DNA of 32,249 nucleotides, taken from assembly GCA_902477615.1 (NCBI GenBank), contig CABSHY010000001.1, forward strand, positions 1 through 32,249, in the 5' to 3' direction. The notes under the pieces are model-generated. The model made no database searches. It saw only the letters and a program-made list of their open reading frames with translations, and was not told the origin of the DNA. Shown piece by piece: positions 19,406 to 27,269 of the stretch (position 1 is its first letter; each line of letters starts with the position of its first letter). Source of the DNA: an uncultured Sutterella sp. (lineage in GTDB: Bacteria; Pseudomonadota; Gammaproteobacteria; Burkholderiales; Burkholderiaceae_F). The position numbers and the translations under genes are program-made.

Positions 19406-19939
19406 ATGCATCTTCGAACCGTTTTTTTAATCCTTTTGTTAATTTTTTGCTCCATCTTCCTCGTCGTGAACTGGGAAGGTGTGATGGCACCGGTGACGGT
19501 GAATCTGCTTTACACAGAAACGCAAGCACCATTGGGTTTGATTTTGTTATTGGGCCCGGGGCTTTTGATCTTCGTTTGCCTGATTTATGGCTTTATCCAA
19601 CAAGCCGCACTTGCCATGGAGTTGCGCCGCGTTCATCGTCAACTGCAAAACGCTCAAGACTGGGCTTCCAAGGCTGAACTTTCTCGCTTTAATGATTTGA
19701 AAAAAGACATTGATCAACAAATCAAAAAGCTTCAAGATAAGAGCAGTGAGCAACACGCAGCCTTAACGACGAAGTTAACGGCCATTGAAGAAGAGTTAGA
19801 AAGCAACACTCGCGTGACGATTGATTCGATTTCGGCAAGCGTCGGTGAAGTTGAAGATCGCTTAACGCAGCTTGTGGATTGGGCCGGTGGCAAGTCTGTG
19901 ACAATCACTGAAAAAGAAAAGACAGAAAAAGCAGAATAG
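19406..19939 (+). CDS. Two-TM membrane protein with coiled-coil tail (LapA-like)
   Basis: Two hydrophobic segments, APLGLILL, then AELSRF and a helical tail. Confidence 0.65.
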   Translation: MHLRTVFLILLLIFCSIFLVVNWEGVMAPVTVNLLYTETQAPLGLILLLGPGLLIFVCLIYGFIQQAALAMELRRVHRQLQNAQDWASKAELSRFNDLKKDIDQQIKKLQDKSSEQHAALTTKLTAIEEELESNTRVTIDSISASVGEVEDRLTQLVDWAGGKSVTITEKEKTEKAE

Positions 19940-19955
19940 TTTTTCTTAGCTAATG

Positions 19956-19994
19956 TAAAAGAGGTTAGATGGTTTGAAATCTAACCTCTTTTAA
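19956..19994. terminator. Bidirectional terminator between convergent genes
   Basis: TAAAAGAGGTTAGAT...ATCTAACCTCTTTTA inverted repeat. Confidence 0.85.
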
Positions 19995-20689
19995 TTTTTC
20001 TCTTTTAATTTTTGTGTGTTGTGTGTTGTGTGCGATTTACGCTTAGAGACTTTTCGCACGCACCAGTCACCGAAACTTTGGATGACTTGAACAAACACAA
20101 TCAAAATCAACACCACGGTCCACATCACATCAGGCATGTAACGGTTGTGGCCGTAACGGATACCGATGTCGCCTAAACCACCGCCGCCGATGGCGCCTGC
20201 CATAGCGGAGTAACCCACCAAGGTCACAATGGCAATCGTGACACCGGCAACAATGCCGGGCAAGGCCTCTGGCAACAAAACCTTATTGATGATTTGCATA
20301 TTGGTGGCACCCATTGATTGAGCGGCTTCAATCAAACCGCGATCGACTTCACGCAAGCTTGTTTCTACCAAGCGGGCAATGAAGGGGGCCACACCAATGA
20401 CTAACGGCACGAGCGTGGCTGTGGTTCCAATCGTGGTTCCAACGAGCAAACGCGTTAACGGGTAGATGGCGACCAACAAAATGATAAAAGGCGTGGATCG
20501 CACGGCGTTAACCAAAACGCCCACCACGGCGTTTGTGCCCAAACGAGGCATTAAGCCGTCTTTGTCGGTCACGTGAAGTAAGACGCCCAAAGGAATACCA
20601 ATGACGCTACCCAAGATACCGCTACCGATCACCATGATGACCGTTTCGACAAAACCGTCGCCTAACAGGGCAATAATTTCGGGACTCAT
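19991..20689 (-). CDS. metI: Methionine ABC transporter permease
   Basis: [30 protein letters not shown]. Confidence 0.93.
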   Translation of the reverse strand: MSPEIIALLGDGFVETVIMVIGSGILGSVIGIPLGVLLHVTDKDGLMPRLGTNAVVGVLVNAVRSTPFIILLVAIYPLTRLLVGTTIGTTATLVPLVIGVAPFIARLVETSLREVDRGLIEAAQSMGATNMQIINKVLLPEALPGIVAGVTIAIVTLVGYSAMAGAIGGGGLGDIGIRYGHNRYMPDVMWTVVLILIVFVQVIQSFGDWCVRKVSKRKSHTTHNTQKLKEKN

Positions 20690-21735
20690 AACGGCACCTC
20701 TTCATATTCAACGTGATTTTGAGCTAAAAACTGAGTGGCAGCTTCAAAGGTTTGTTGATCCGGGCTTTCAGCCAAAATGGTCAACATCCCGAAGTTAGAA
20801 CCTTGGAGCTCTTCGACTTGGCCCTGCAAAATGTTGAAGTCCACATTGTAGGTGCGCGTCAACATGGAAAGAACGGGGAGCGTCACTTCTGAGCCAATAA
20901 AGGTTAAACGCAAAAGTTTGGCAAAGCGGCCCTTTTCTTCGGCTGCGGCAATCAAGGTCTTCACGTTATCAATAATGCGTTGCGGCATATCGTGAATCAT
21001 GATGTCGGCTAACATGGCGCGTGTCGTAGGGTGCTTAGGGTGACGGAAAACGTCTAAAACGGTACCGGCTTCGACAACTTGACCTTGATCCATCACCACC
21101 ACGCGATGGCAGATTTCTTTCACGACTTCCATTTCGTGCGTGATCAACACAATCGTGACACCCAAGGTGCGGTTGATGTGTTGCAAGAGTTCAAGCGTTG
21201 CACGCGTGGTTTCGGGGTCCAAGGCGCTCGTGGCTTCATCTGAGAGCAAAACCATCGGGTCATTAGCCAAAGCGCGAGCAATGCCCACACGTTGCTTTTG
21301 GCCGCCCGATAATTGAGACGGGTATTTGTCTTTATGATCGTTTAAACCCACCAAGTCAATAAGGTGAGTGACTTTCTTTTCGATTTCAGCCTTGGGCGTT
21401 TTTTGCAATTCAAGCGGCAAAGCGATGTTGTCGAAAACGGTACGAGAGCTCAACAAATTAAAGTGTTGAAATATCATGCCGATTTTCGTGCGGATTTGAC
21501 GCAATTGGGCTAAAGAAAGGTCATTGAGACATTGACCATTGACAACCACACGACCTTGCGTGGGTTGCGTTAAGAAGTTAATCGTACGAACGAGCGTCGA
21601 TTTGCCAGCACCGGAGCGACCGATAATACCGAAGATTTCTCCTTTATTGATATGCAAGGAGACATCCTTTATCGCGTGGACGTCTTTACCGTCCGGTGCT
21701 TTAAACGTTTGGGATAAGTGTTCAATCTCAATCAT
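20686..21735 (-). CDS. metN: Methionine ABC transporter ATPase
   Basis: [33 protein letters not shown]-terminal NIL domain. Confidence 0.94.
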   Translation of the reverse strand: MIEIEHLSQTFKAPDGKDVHAIKDVSLHINKGEIFGIIGRSGAGKSTLVRTINFLTQPTQGRVVVNGQCLNDLSLAQLRQIRTKIGMIFQHFNLLSSRTVFDNIALPLELQKTPKAEIEKKVTHLIDLVGLNDHKDKYPSQLSGGQKQRVGIARALANDPMVLLSDEATSALDPETTRATLELLQHINRTLGVTIVLITHEMEVVKEICHRVVVMDQGQVVEAGTVLDVFRHPKHPTTRAMLADIMIHDMPQRIIDNVKTLIAAAEEKGRFAKLLRLTFIGSEVTLPVLSMLTRTYNVDFNILQGQVEELQGSNFGMLTILAESPDQQTFEAATQFLAQNHVEYEEVPL

Positions 21736-21771
21736 CGTGAGAGAGGCTTCAAAATAATAAGGAAAAGCAAA

Positions 21772-21800
21772 AGACTATCACGAATCCGTGGTTCTGTCAG
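21772..21800 (-). promoter_or_regulatory. Candidate sigma70 promoter for metNI
   Basis: CTGACA-17-TAGTCT on the - strand. Confidence 0.4.
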
Positions 21801-21829
21801 GCAAAAAAGGATACTTAAGATCCCAAAGG

Positions 21830-21931
21830 CACTCTGAGCTAAGACTTAGCCAATAGGTGGCGTCCAAAAACGCACCGGATTGTCTTTACAGCAATCTCCG
21901 TAAAGCCCCTGTTAGACGAGGGAGTAGTCAC
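21830..21931 (+). mobile_element. Probable IS200/IS605(IS607)-type right-end or omegaRNA-like remnant
   Basis: Consecutive hairpins ending AAGCCCCTGTTAGACGAGGGAGTAGTCAC, resembling tnpB element termini; no tnpA or tnpB nearby. Confidence 0.4.
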
Positions 21932-21944
21932 TTGGCGAAAAATG

Positions 21945-23240
21945 TCAATTAGAGTAATATCGTCTTGAAGGTCCATTTCCTTGTATCATTAACTTTCCTT
22001 CCATGATTAACGCATTCAAGTCCTTCATAATCGTGGGGCGACTTACCTTAAAGAAGGTTTCAATTTCTTGTCTTGTACGTCCGTCAACGCTTTCCCGCAC
22101 ATAGCGTACAATCCTTGACTTCCGATCTGAACCTTCTAAGGTCACATTCGGAAGCTCAATTAAAAACGTTCGACCTACATGACGAAATATTGGTTTTTCT
22201 GCGTACTTCGCGTACCCTCTAACAATATCCCCAAAACCTGTTCCCGCTTTTTCCATCCATCTCAGTCTTACAAAAAGCTCGGACAATTTTTCATTTCGGC
22301 AAAAACTTGCTCCTTCAATCAACGCCTCTTCCAGCGTTAGTTCTGGAGGAATGCCTCCAGGCGTAACAAAGGAAATTACATTTGGATGAATATTGATTGA
22401 AGTTTGCATAGGCGAACTATAGTCTCTGTGCGCTAAGGCATTTGTCAAAGATTCTCGAACTGACAACTTTGGCCATGGTGTTTGTTCTGAGCGTGCTTGT
22501 TGACCGGTTTCTTTGTTAATAAACGGAACATTGATAAGAGAAAGCTTATCCTGAACAACGTTCATTTGTTGCAAAATTGAACCTTGAATACGTTCGGTCT
22601 TAACGACACTACCATCATCTGCATAGTTATTGATGACAATACGGTAGGGGCATTGGTCAGATAAAAGTAGAGCAAGGTTTGTGAATCGTTGAAATGAATC
22701 TACCAACCCCAGTCCAAGCCATGTTGATTTGCTAAAAAGGATGTTGTTATCAGAAAAAATGGCTTCAGTTGATTCAAAGGTCAGGTCATCAAAATTACAA
22801 GGACGGCTTTCCCATGAGCGCGGATCGCCTCTTTGGATAATTTTTATAACTTCATCAATATTGGCTGCAACGGTTTGTCCCCCTAATCGAATGTACACAC
22901 CACCATTAACAAAAGTCTTACCTCGGAAACTATATGGACGAGATGTTCCACTTTCGATAACTATTTGGGCTACAGCCTTGCCATCGTAAAGTTGTTTGTG
23001 GGTTTTAACGAGTTCACTCATAGAGGGCTCGACTCCATTTCGCGCAAAACTCATCACTTGGCGATCAATTTCGTCAAAATCACAGCCAATCACTTCACCA
23101 TCATCCTTGATGCCGAAAAGCAATGTTCCCCCTGCATCATTAGCAAAGGCAATCATTGTCTTTTTTGCAGTGTCTGTCCATCCTTGCTTGTATTCAAGCA
23201 TTGCATTTTCAGGTATTTCGAATTTCATATGGGCACTCAA
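21945..23240 (-). CDS. Schlafen/AlbA_2 + HATPase_c_4 + winged-HTH protein
   Basis: LEYK...AFANDAGGTLLFG..DDG, RESLTNALAHRDY, RNEKL, EKAGTGF, terminal wHTH; AT-rich compared with neighbours. Confidence 0.85.
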   Translation of the reverse strand: MSAHMKFEIPENAMLEYKQGWTDTAKKTMIAFANDAGGTLLFGIKDDGEVIGCDFDEIDRQVMSFARNGVEPSMSELVKTHKQLYDGKAVAQIVIESGTSRPYSFRGKTFVNGGVYIRLGGQTVAANIDEVIKIIQRGDPRSWESRPCNFDDLTFESTEAIFSDNNILFSKSTWLGLGLVDSFQRFTNLALLLSDQCPYRIVINNYADDGSVVKTERIQGSILQQMNVVQDKLSLINVPFINKETGQQARSEQTPWPKLSVRESLTNALAHRDYSSPMQTSINIHPNVISFVTPGGIPPELTLEEALIEGASFCRNEKLSELFVRLRWMEKAGTGFGDIVRGYAKYAEKPIFRHVGRTFLIELPNVTLEGSDRKSRIVRYVRESVDGRTRQEIETFFKVSRPTIMKDLNALIMEGKLMIQGNGPSRRYYSN

Positions 23241-23612
23241 AGAACATAGATTTAGTCATTCAAGGCTTTTTGAATGGTTGGTTAGCAAAATCTGTTAATC
23301 TGTCAAATATGACTTAACAGATGTTAGCAGATTTTTGACAAGATCTTTGCAGATAACACAGATAATATTCAAAAATCGTTTGAGTAGGCGATTTTTTTCG
23401 CGTAGCTACCTTACTTGTCTAGTGACAAAATGCGGAATGGGGAGGGTGAAGGATCTATCGATTTTCCACCTTTGATCCCGAACCAGTCTCTAAAAGTTAT
23501 AAATATGAAAAGATTGTTGCTCGGTAACTAAGGGTCCTGGTTTACCGGGTGTGTGAATTACCCTCGAATTAACCAGAGGTTTTACGGCTGTTTCTATAAA
23601 CGACAAAGTCTG

Positions 23613-23646
23613 AAAACAAAAAAACTCGTTCAACTGAACGAGTCTT
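23613..23646 (-). terminator. Terminator after tRNA-Thr
   Basis: ACTCGTTC...GAACGAGT followed by a T run on the - strand. Confidence 0.8.
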
Positions 23647-23652
23647 GAAGTA

Positions 23653-23728
23653 TGGTGCCGGTTAGAAGACTTGAACTCCCGACCTTCTCATTACGAATGA
23701 GCTGCTCTACCAACTGAGCTAAACCGGC
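23653..23728 (-). tRNA. tRNA-Thr(CGT)
   Basis: GCCGGTT acceptor stem, anticodon arm CTCAT-TCGTAA-TGAG region with CGT, TTCAAG T-loop, CCA end; 76 nt. Confidence 0.96.
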
Positions 23729-23764
23729 TTTCCATTTAGTATCTCCGTGCATCGGAGAAGTGGA

Positions 23765-23793
23765 ATTATGCAGATGTTTTTTAAAGATTGCAA
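23765..23793 (-). promoter_or_regulatory. Sigma70 promoter of tRNA-Thr
   Basis: TTGCAA-17-CATAAT. Confidence 0.7.
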
Positions 23794-23854
23794 GTCTTTT
23801 TTATAAATATTTTTAATATTTTTGTTGAGCTCTTAAAAATCAAACGGTTATGGG

Positions 23855-24664
23855 CTAGAGTGCCATTGCTGCTCTAAAGAGCATGTAAGCAGACAAGACA
23901 AACAACAAACTCGCGAAAATGCGTTTTAAGGGTTTCGTGTCCATGCCGTGCGCCATCTTTGCACCCAACGGGGCCGTTAAAACACTACAAGCCGCAACGG
24001 AGAAAAGGGCAGGTAAATACAAAAAGCCCAAGGAATATTCCGGCATACCGGGAACGTTCCAACCGCTGATGATGTAACCGATGGTGCCCGCGAAGGCAAT
24101 CGGGAAACCCAACGCAGCAGATGTGCCCACGGCTTTGTGAATCGGGACATTGCAAGAGGTCATCAGGGGCACCGAAATAAAGCCGCCACCGGCACCCACT
24201 AAAGAGGATACGGAACCCACAACCGTACCAGCGGCGATCAAGCCTAAGTTACCGGGCAATTGACGGGTACTGACGGTTTTCTTACCGAAAAACATTCTCA
24301 AGGCCGAATACATCACGAAGCAGCCAAAGAGTAAAGAGATGGCAAAGTTAGACAACATGCCGGAAATTTGAGCCCCGATCAAAGCACCGAGAAGAATTCC
24401 GGGGGCGCCTGCCATCACCACCTTCCAAAGAACCGCACCGTGCGCATTGTGGGCTCGTACGCTCGAAGCCGAGGTAAAGACAATGGTCGCCAAACTCGTT
24501 GCAATGGCAACGTGAACCCCGACCTCATCGGGGACAACACCACCCGCCAAAATCATGGTTAAAAACGGGGTTAATACCATCCCGCCCCCAATACCTAATA
24601 AACCGGCTAAAAAGCCGGTACAGCAGCCCAAGGCGGCGAGCAGGATAAGGGTAGTGACTTCCAT
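23855..24664 (-). CDS. TauE/SafE-family (TSUP) membrane transporter
   Basis: GLLGIGGG, ATSLA, GAGGG, AVGTSA repeats; about 8 TM segments. Confidence 0.9.
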   Translation of the reverse strand: MEVTTLILLAALGCCTGFLAGLLGIGGGMVLTPFLTMILAGGVVPDEVGVHVAIATSLATIVFTSASSVRAHNAHGAVLWKVVMAGAPGILLGALIGAQISGMLSNFAISLLFGCFVMYSALRMFFGKKTVSTRQLPGNLGLIAAGTVVGSVSSLVGAGGGFISVPLMTSCNVPIHKAVGTSAALGFPIAFAGTIGYIISGWNVPGMPEYSLGFLYLPALFSVAACSVLTAPLGAKMAHGMDTKPLKRIFASLLFVLSAYMLFRAAMAL

Positions 24665-24665
24665 T

Positions 24666-25136
24666 TTAGATGGCCTTTACAAGGTGATTGAGAATAAACG
24701 TGTATTCGTCTTCGGTGACGGGCGTAATGGAGAGACGATTGCCTTTTTGAAGCACTTTCATCTCTTTGAGTTCTTCGTGTTGGCGAAGCTCATTGATGCC
24801 AATTAAAGAGACTTCTTGATCGACTTCGATATCGACACAAACCCAGCGGGGATTATCTCGCGTGGACTTGGGATCGTAGTAGTCATTTTGGGGATCAAAT
24901 TGCGTTTCGTCCGGATGAACAGATGTGGCCACGTGAGCTAAACCAACGATACCGGGTTCTTTGCAAGAGGAGTGGTAGAAAAAGACACGGTCGCCCACCT
25001 GCATCTCGTCTCGCATAAAGTTTCTTGCTTGGTAATTTCGAATGCCAAACCAAGGAACACGGTGTTGAGGCATTTGCAGAACGCTTTGTACAGAGCACTC
25101 AGAAGGCTCCGATTTCATCAGCCAGAATTTCGACAT
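24666..25136 (-). CDS. EVE domain protein
   Basis: WLMKSEP, GIRNYQARN, FFYHS, RLSITPV; start at ATG 25136. Confidence 0.93.
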   Translation of the reverse strand: MSKFWLMKSEPSECSVQSVLQMPQHRVPWFGIRNYQARNFMRDEMQVGDRVFFYHSSCKEPGIVGLAHVATSVHPDETQFDPQNDYYDPKSTRDNPRWVCVDIEVDQEVSLIGINELRQHEELKEMKVLQKGNRLSITPVTEDEYTFILNHLVKAI

Positions 25137-25158
25137 GAAGCACGCTTTGAAAAAAGAG

Positions 25159-25335
25159 AAGTCCCCATAAGGGTTGCCTTGCATCCTGAGTCCGAAGAAT
25201 CAAGAGCGGTCACCTCTGAAGCGGGTTTCGGGGAAGCATCACGTGCCTCCGCACCACCGGCCCCAAGACCAGTAACCTAAGTGTTTAAGCATTGGAACAA
25301 GGAATCTTAAAGCAACTTATCACTTATAGGGACAA
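25159..25335 (-). ncRNA. ssrS: 6S RNA
   Basis: Closing stem GTCCCTATAAG...CTTATGGGGAC; internal ATTCCTTG..CCAATGC and TCAGGATGC as in betaproteobacterial 6S; about 175 nt; upstream of the EVE gene. Confidence 0.8.
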
Positions 25336-25359
25336 GACTAATTTTGGCTCAAATCTAAG

Positions 25360-25406
25360 AAAAAAACAATGGGAAAAATTGCTCTAATTGCAACAATTTT
25401 TCCCAT
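25360..25406 (-). terminator. Terminator after uppP
   Basis: ATGGGAAAAATTG...CAATTTTTCCCAT followed by a T run on the - strand. Confidence 0.75.
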
Positions 25407-25432
25407 CATAGTCTTGACAAATTGGTTTTGTT

Positions 25433-26284
25433 TTACCAAGCAACAAGGCCCGTGTAATAAGTCACCAAAATAATGATGCCAAAGATGATGCGGTACCAAC
25501 CGAAGGACTTAAAGTCGTTACTGGAGACATAACGCAACAACCATTTCACGACAACCAATGCGCTCACAAAAGAAACGACAAAACCCACAATAAAACCAAC
25601 GGTCATGTCCGTGGTCCAAACAAAGGTTTGTTGTTCAGACACGCGCAAGAAGGTTTTCGCCAACGAATAAACCGTTGCGCCGAAAATCGTCGGGATCGCG
25701 AGGAAGAAAGAAAACTCCGTTGCAGCCTTTCGAGATAAACCCAAAACCAAACCGCCGATGATGGTAGCGCCCGAGCGACTCGTTCCAGGAATCATGGCAA
25801 TGCATTGCATGCAACCGACTAAGAACGCGTCTTTCGCCGTCATGTCATCCATATTCGGAACACGAGGGGAGTAGTTGCGCTTAGCGTGAGCGTTTTCTAC
25901 CCAAAAGATGATGAAACCACCTAAAACCAAAGCAACGGCAACGGAAATGGCATTAAAGAGAAGCTCTTCAATGAGATCGGCAAAAATCACACCTAAAATG
26001 GCGGCCGGTAAAAACGCGACGATTAAGTTAATAGCCAGGCGTTGCTCTTTCTTTTGCGTGAAGAGTCCCGTTGCCACTTGCCACAAGCGTTGGCGATAGA
26101 ACCAACAAACGGCAAAAATGGCGCCCGCTTGAATAGCGATATTAAAGGTGTTGACTTCGGGGCCCGTGAAATTGAGAAGGTCGCCCGCAATGATCAAGTG
26201 ACCGGTTGATGAAATCGGTAAGAATTCCGTCAAACCCTCAACAATCCCGAGGATGAAAGCTTTGATTTGATAGATGAGATCCAT
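25433..26284 (-). CDS. uppP: Undecaprenyl-diphosphate phosphatase
   Basis: GIVEGLTEFLPISSTGH, PGTSRSGATI, EFSFFLAIP. Confidence 0.96.
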   Translation of the reverse strand: MDLIYQIKAFILGIVEGLTEFLPISSTGHLIIAGDLLNFTGPEVNTFNIAIQAGAIFAVCWFYRQRLWQVATGLFTQKKEQRLAINLIVAFLPAAILGVIFADLIEELLFNAISVAVALVLGGFIIFWVENAHAKRNYSPRVPNMDDMTAKDAFLVGCMQCIAMIPGTSRSGATIIGGLVLGLSRKAATEFSFFLAIPTIFGATVYSLAKTFLRVSEQQTFVWTTDMTVGFIVGFVVSFVSALVVVKWLLRYVSSNDFKSFGWYRIIFGIIILVTYYTGLVAW

Positions 26285-26299
26285 CGAAAACTCACTTCG

Positions 26300-27022
26300 T
26301 TAAATGCGTTCGTAGACCAAGTCCCAAACACCATGACCCAAACGTTCACCGCGGGCGTGGAATTTGGTCATCGGACGTTCCGTGATGGGGTTGGCCATCA
26401 CCGGAGAAAAGCCATCATGCATGTTCTTTAATAACGGTTCTTGGCTTAACACTTCAAACATTTGCTCGGAGTAGTTTTCCCAGTCCGTGGCGCAGTGAAT
26501 GTAACCGCCCACACGCAAATGTTTGACCAACTCATGAATGAAGGGTTGAGCGACCAAGCGGCGCTTGTGGTGACGAGCCTTGCGCCAAGGATCGGGGAAG
26601 TAAATGTGAATGCCGTCGAGCATTTCTTCGGCCAACATGTTTTTCACCACTTCCACGGCATCGTGTTGAATGATGCGAACGTTTGTTAATTGCATTTCGT
26701 CTAAGCGAATGGCCAATGCACCGACACCGGCAGAGAAAACTTCACAACCGATAAAATCAACTTCGGGGTGGGCTTGGGCAATAGCAGCCGTCGTCTCCCC
26801 CATGCCACAACCGATTTCAAGCACCAAGGGGGCTTTACGGCCGAAAATGGCTTCGGGATTAATCAACTTTTCTTCATAGTTGAGTGCAAAGCGAGGTAAG
26901 AGTTCTTCTAAGGAACGCTTTTGAGCTTGACTGATATGACCGCGACGCAACGTAAAGCTGCGAATGTGGCGCTTCTTGAGCACTTCGATTTCTTCAGGAG
27001 TGAGGATTTTCTTTTCAGACAT
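26300..27022 (-). CDS. trmB: tRNA (guanine-N7)-methyltransferase
   Basis: LEIGCGMG, FPDPW.K.RH.KRR, ATDW..Y; start moved downstream of the tRNA to ATG 27022. Confidence 0.95.
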   Translation of the reverse strand: MSEKKILTPEEIEVLKKRHIRSFTLRRGHISQAQKRSLEELLPRFALNYEEKLINPEAIFGRKAPLVLEIGCGMGETTAAIAQAHPEVDFIGCEVFSAGVGALAIRLDEMQLTNVRIIQHDAVEVVKNMLAEEMLDGIHIYFPDPWRKARHHKRRLVAQPFIHELVKHLRVGGYIHCATDWENYSEQMFEVLSQEPLLKNMHDGFSPVMANPITERPMTKFHARGERLGHGVWDLVYERI

Positions 27023-27029
27023 TTTGCAG

Positions 27030-27058
27030 AAACAAAAAAACGGACAATTCGTCCGCTG
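27030..27058 (-). terminator. Hairpin plus T run between tRNA-Gly and trmB
   Basis: CGGAC-GAATT-GTCCG TTTTTTT on the - strand. Confidence 0.6.
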
Positions 27059-27075
27059 AGTATACAGAATCGTCA

Positions 27076-27149
27076 TGGAGCGGATGAGGGGAATCGAACC
27101 CCCGTCATAGGCTTGGGAAGCCTCTGCTCTACCATTGAGCTACATCCGC
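27076..27149 (-). tRNA. tRNA-Gly(CCC)
   Basis: GCGGATG acceptor stem, GAGGCTT-CCC-AAGCCT anticodon arm, GTTCGATT, CCA end; 74 nt. Confidence 0.96.
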
Positions 27150-27203
27150 AAACTAGAGATGGGTAATTTTACTCGAAATCGGACGAAAAGAAAGTGCTGA
27201 AAC

Positions 27204-27247
27204 AAAAATTTAAGGATGGTAACCGCTCCCACGATTAACCATCCTTT
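27204..27247 (-). terminator. Terminator after the hydrogenase-rubrerythrin gene
   Basis: AAGGATGGT...ACCATCCTT inverted repeat with a T-rich tail on the - strand. Confidence 0.6.
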
Positions 27248-27269
27248 GGTTTAACTAATCAGCTCAGGA

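Noticed and set aside
23400..23610. Integrase remnant or att site next to tRNA-Thr
   Set aside because: No recognisable coding fragment or duplicated tRNA 3' end was seen by eye
25137..25184. Extended N-terminus of the EVE ORF
   Set aside because: It overlaps the 6S RNA; the family motif begins at Met 25136
27023..27076. Extended N-terminus of trmB
   Set aside because: It spans a terminator-like hairpin and touches the tRNA 3' end
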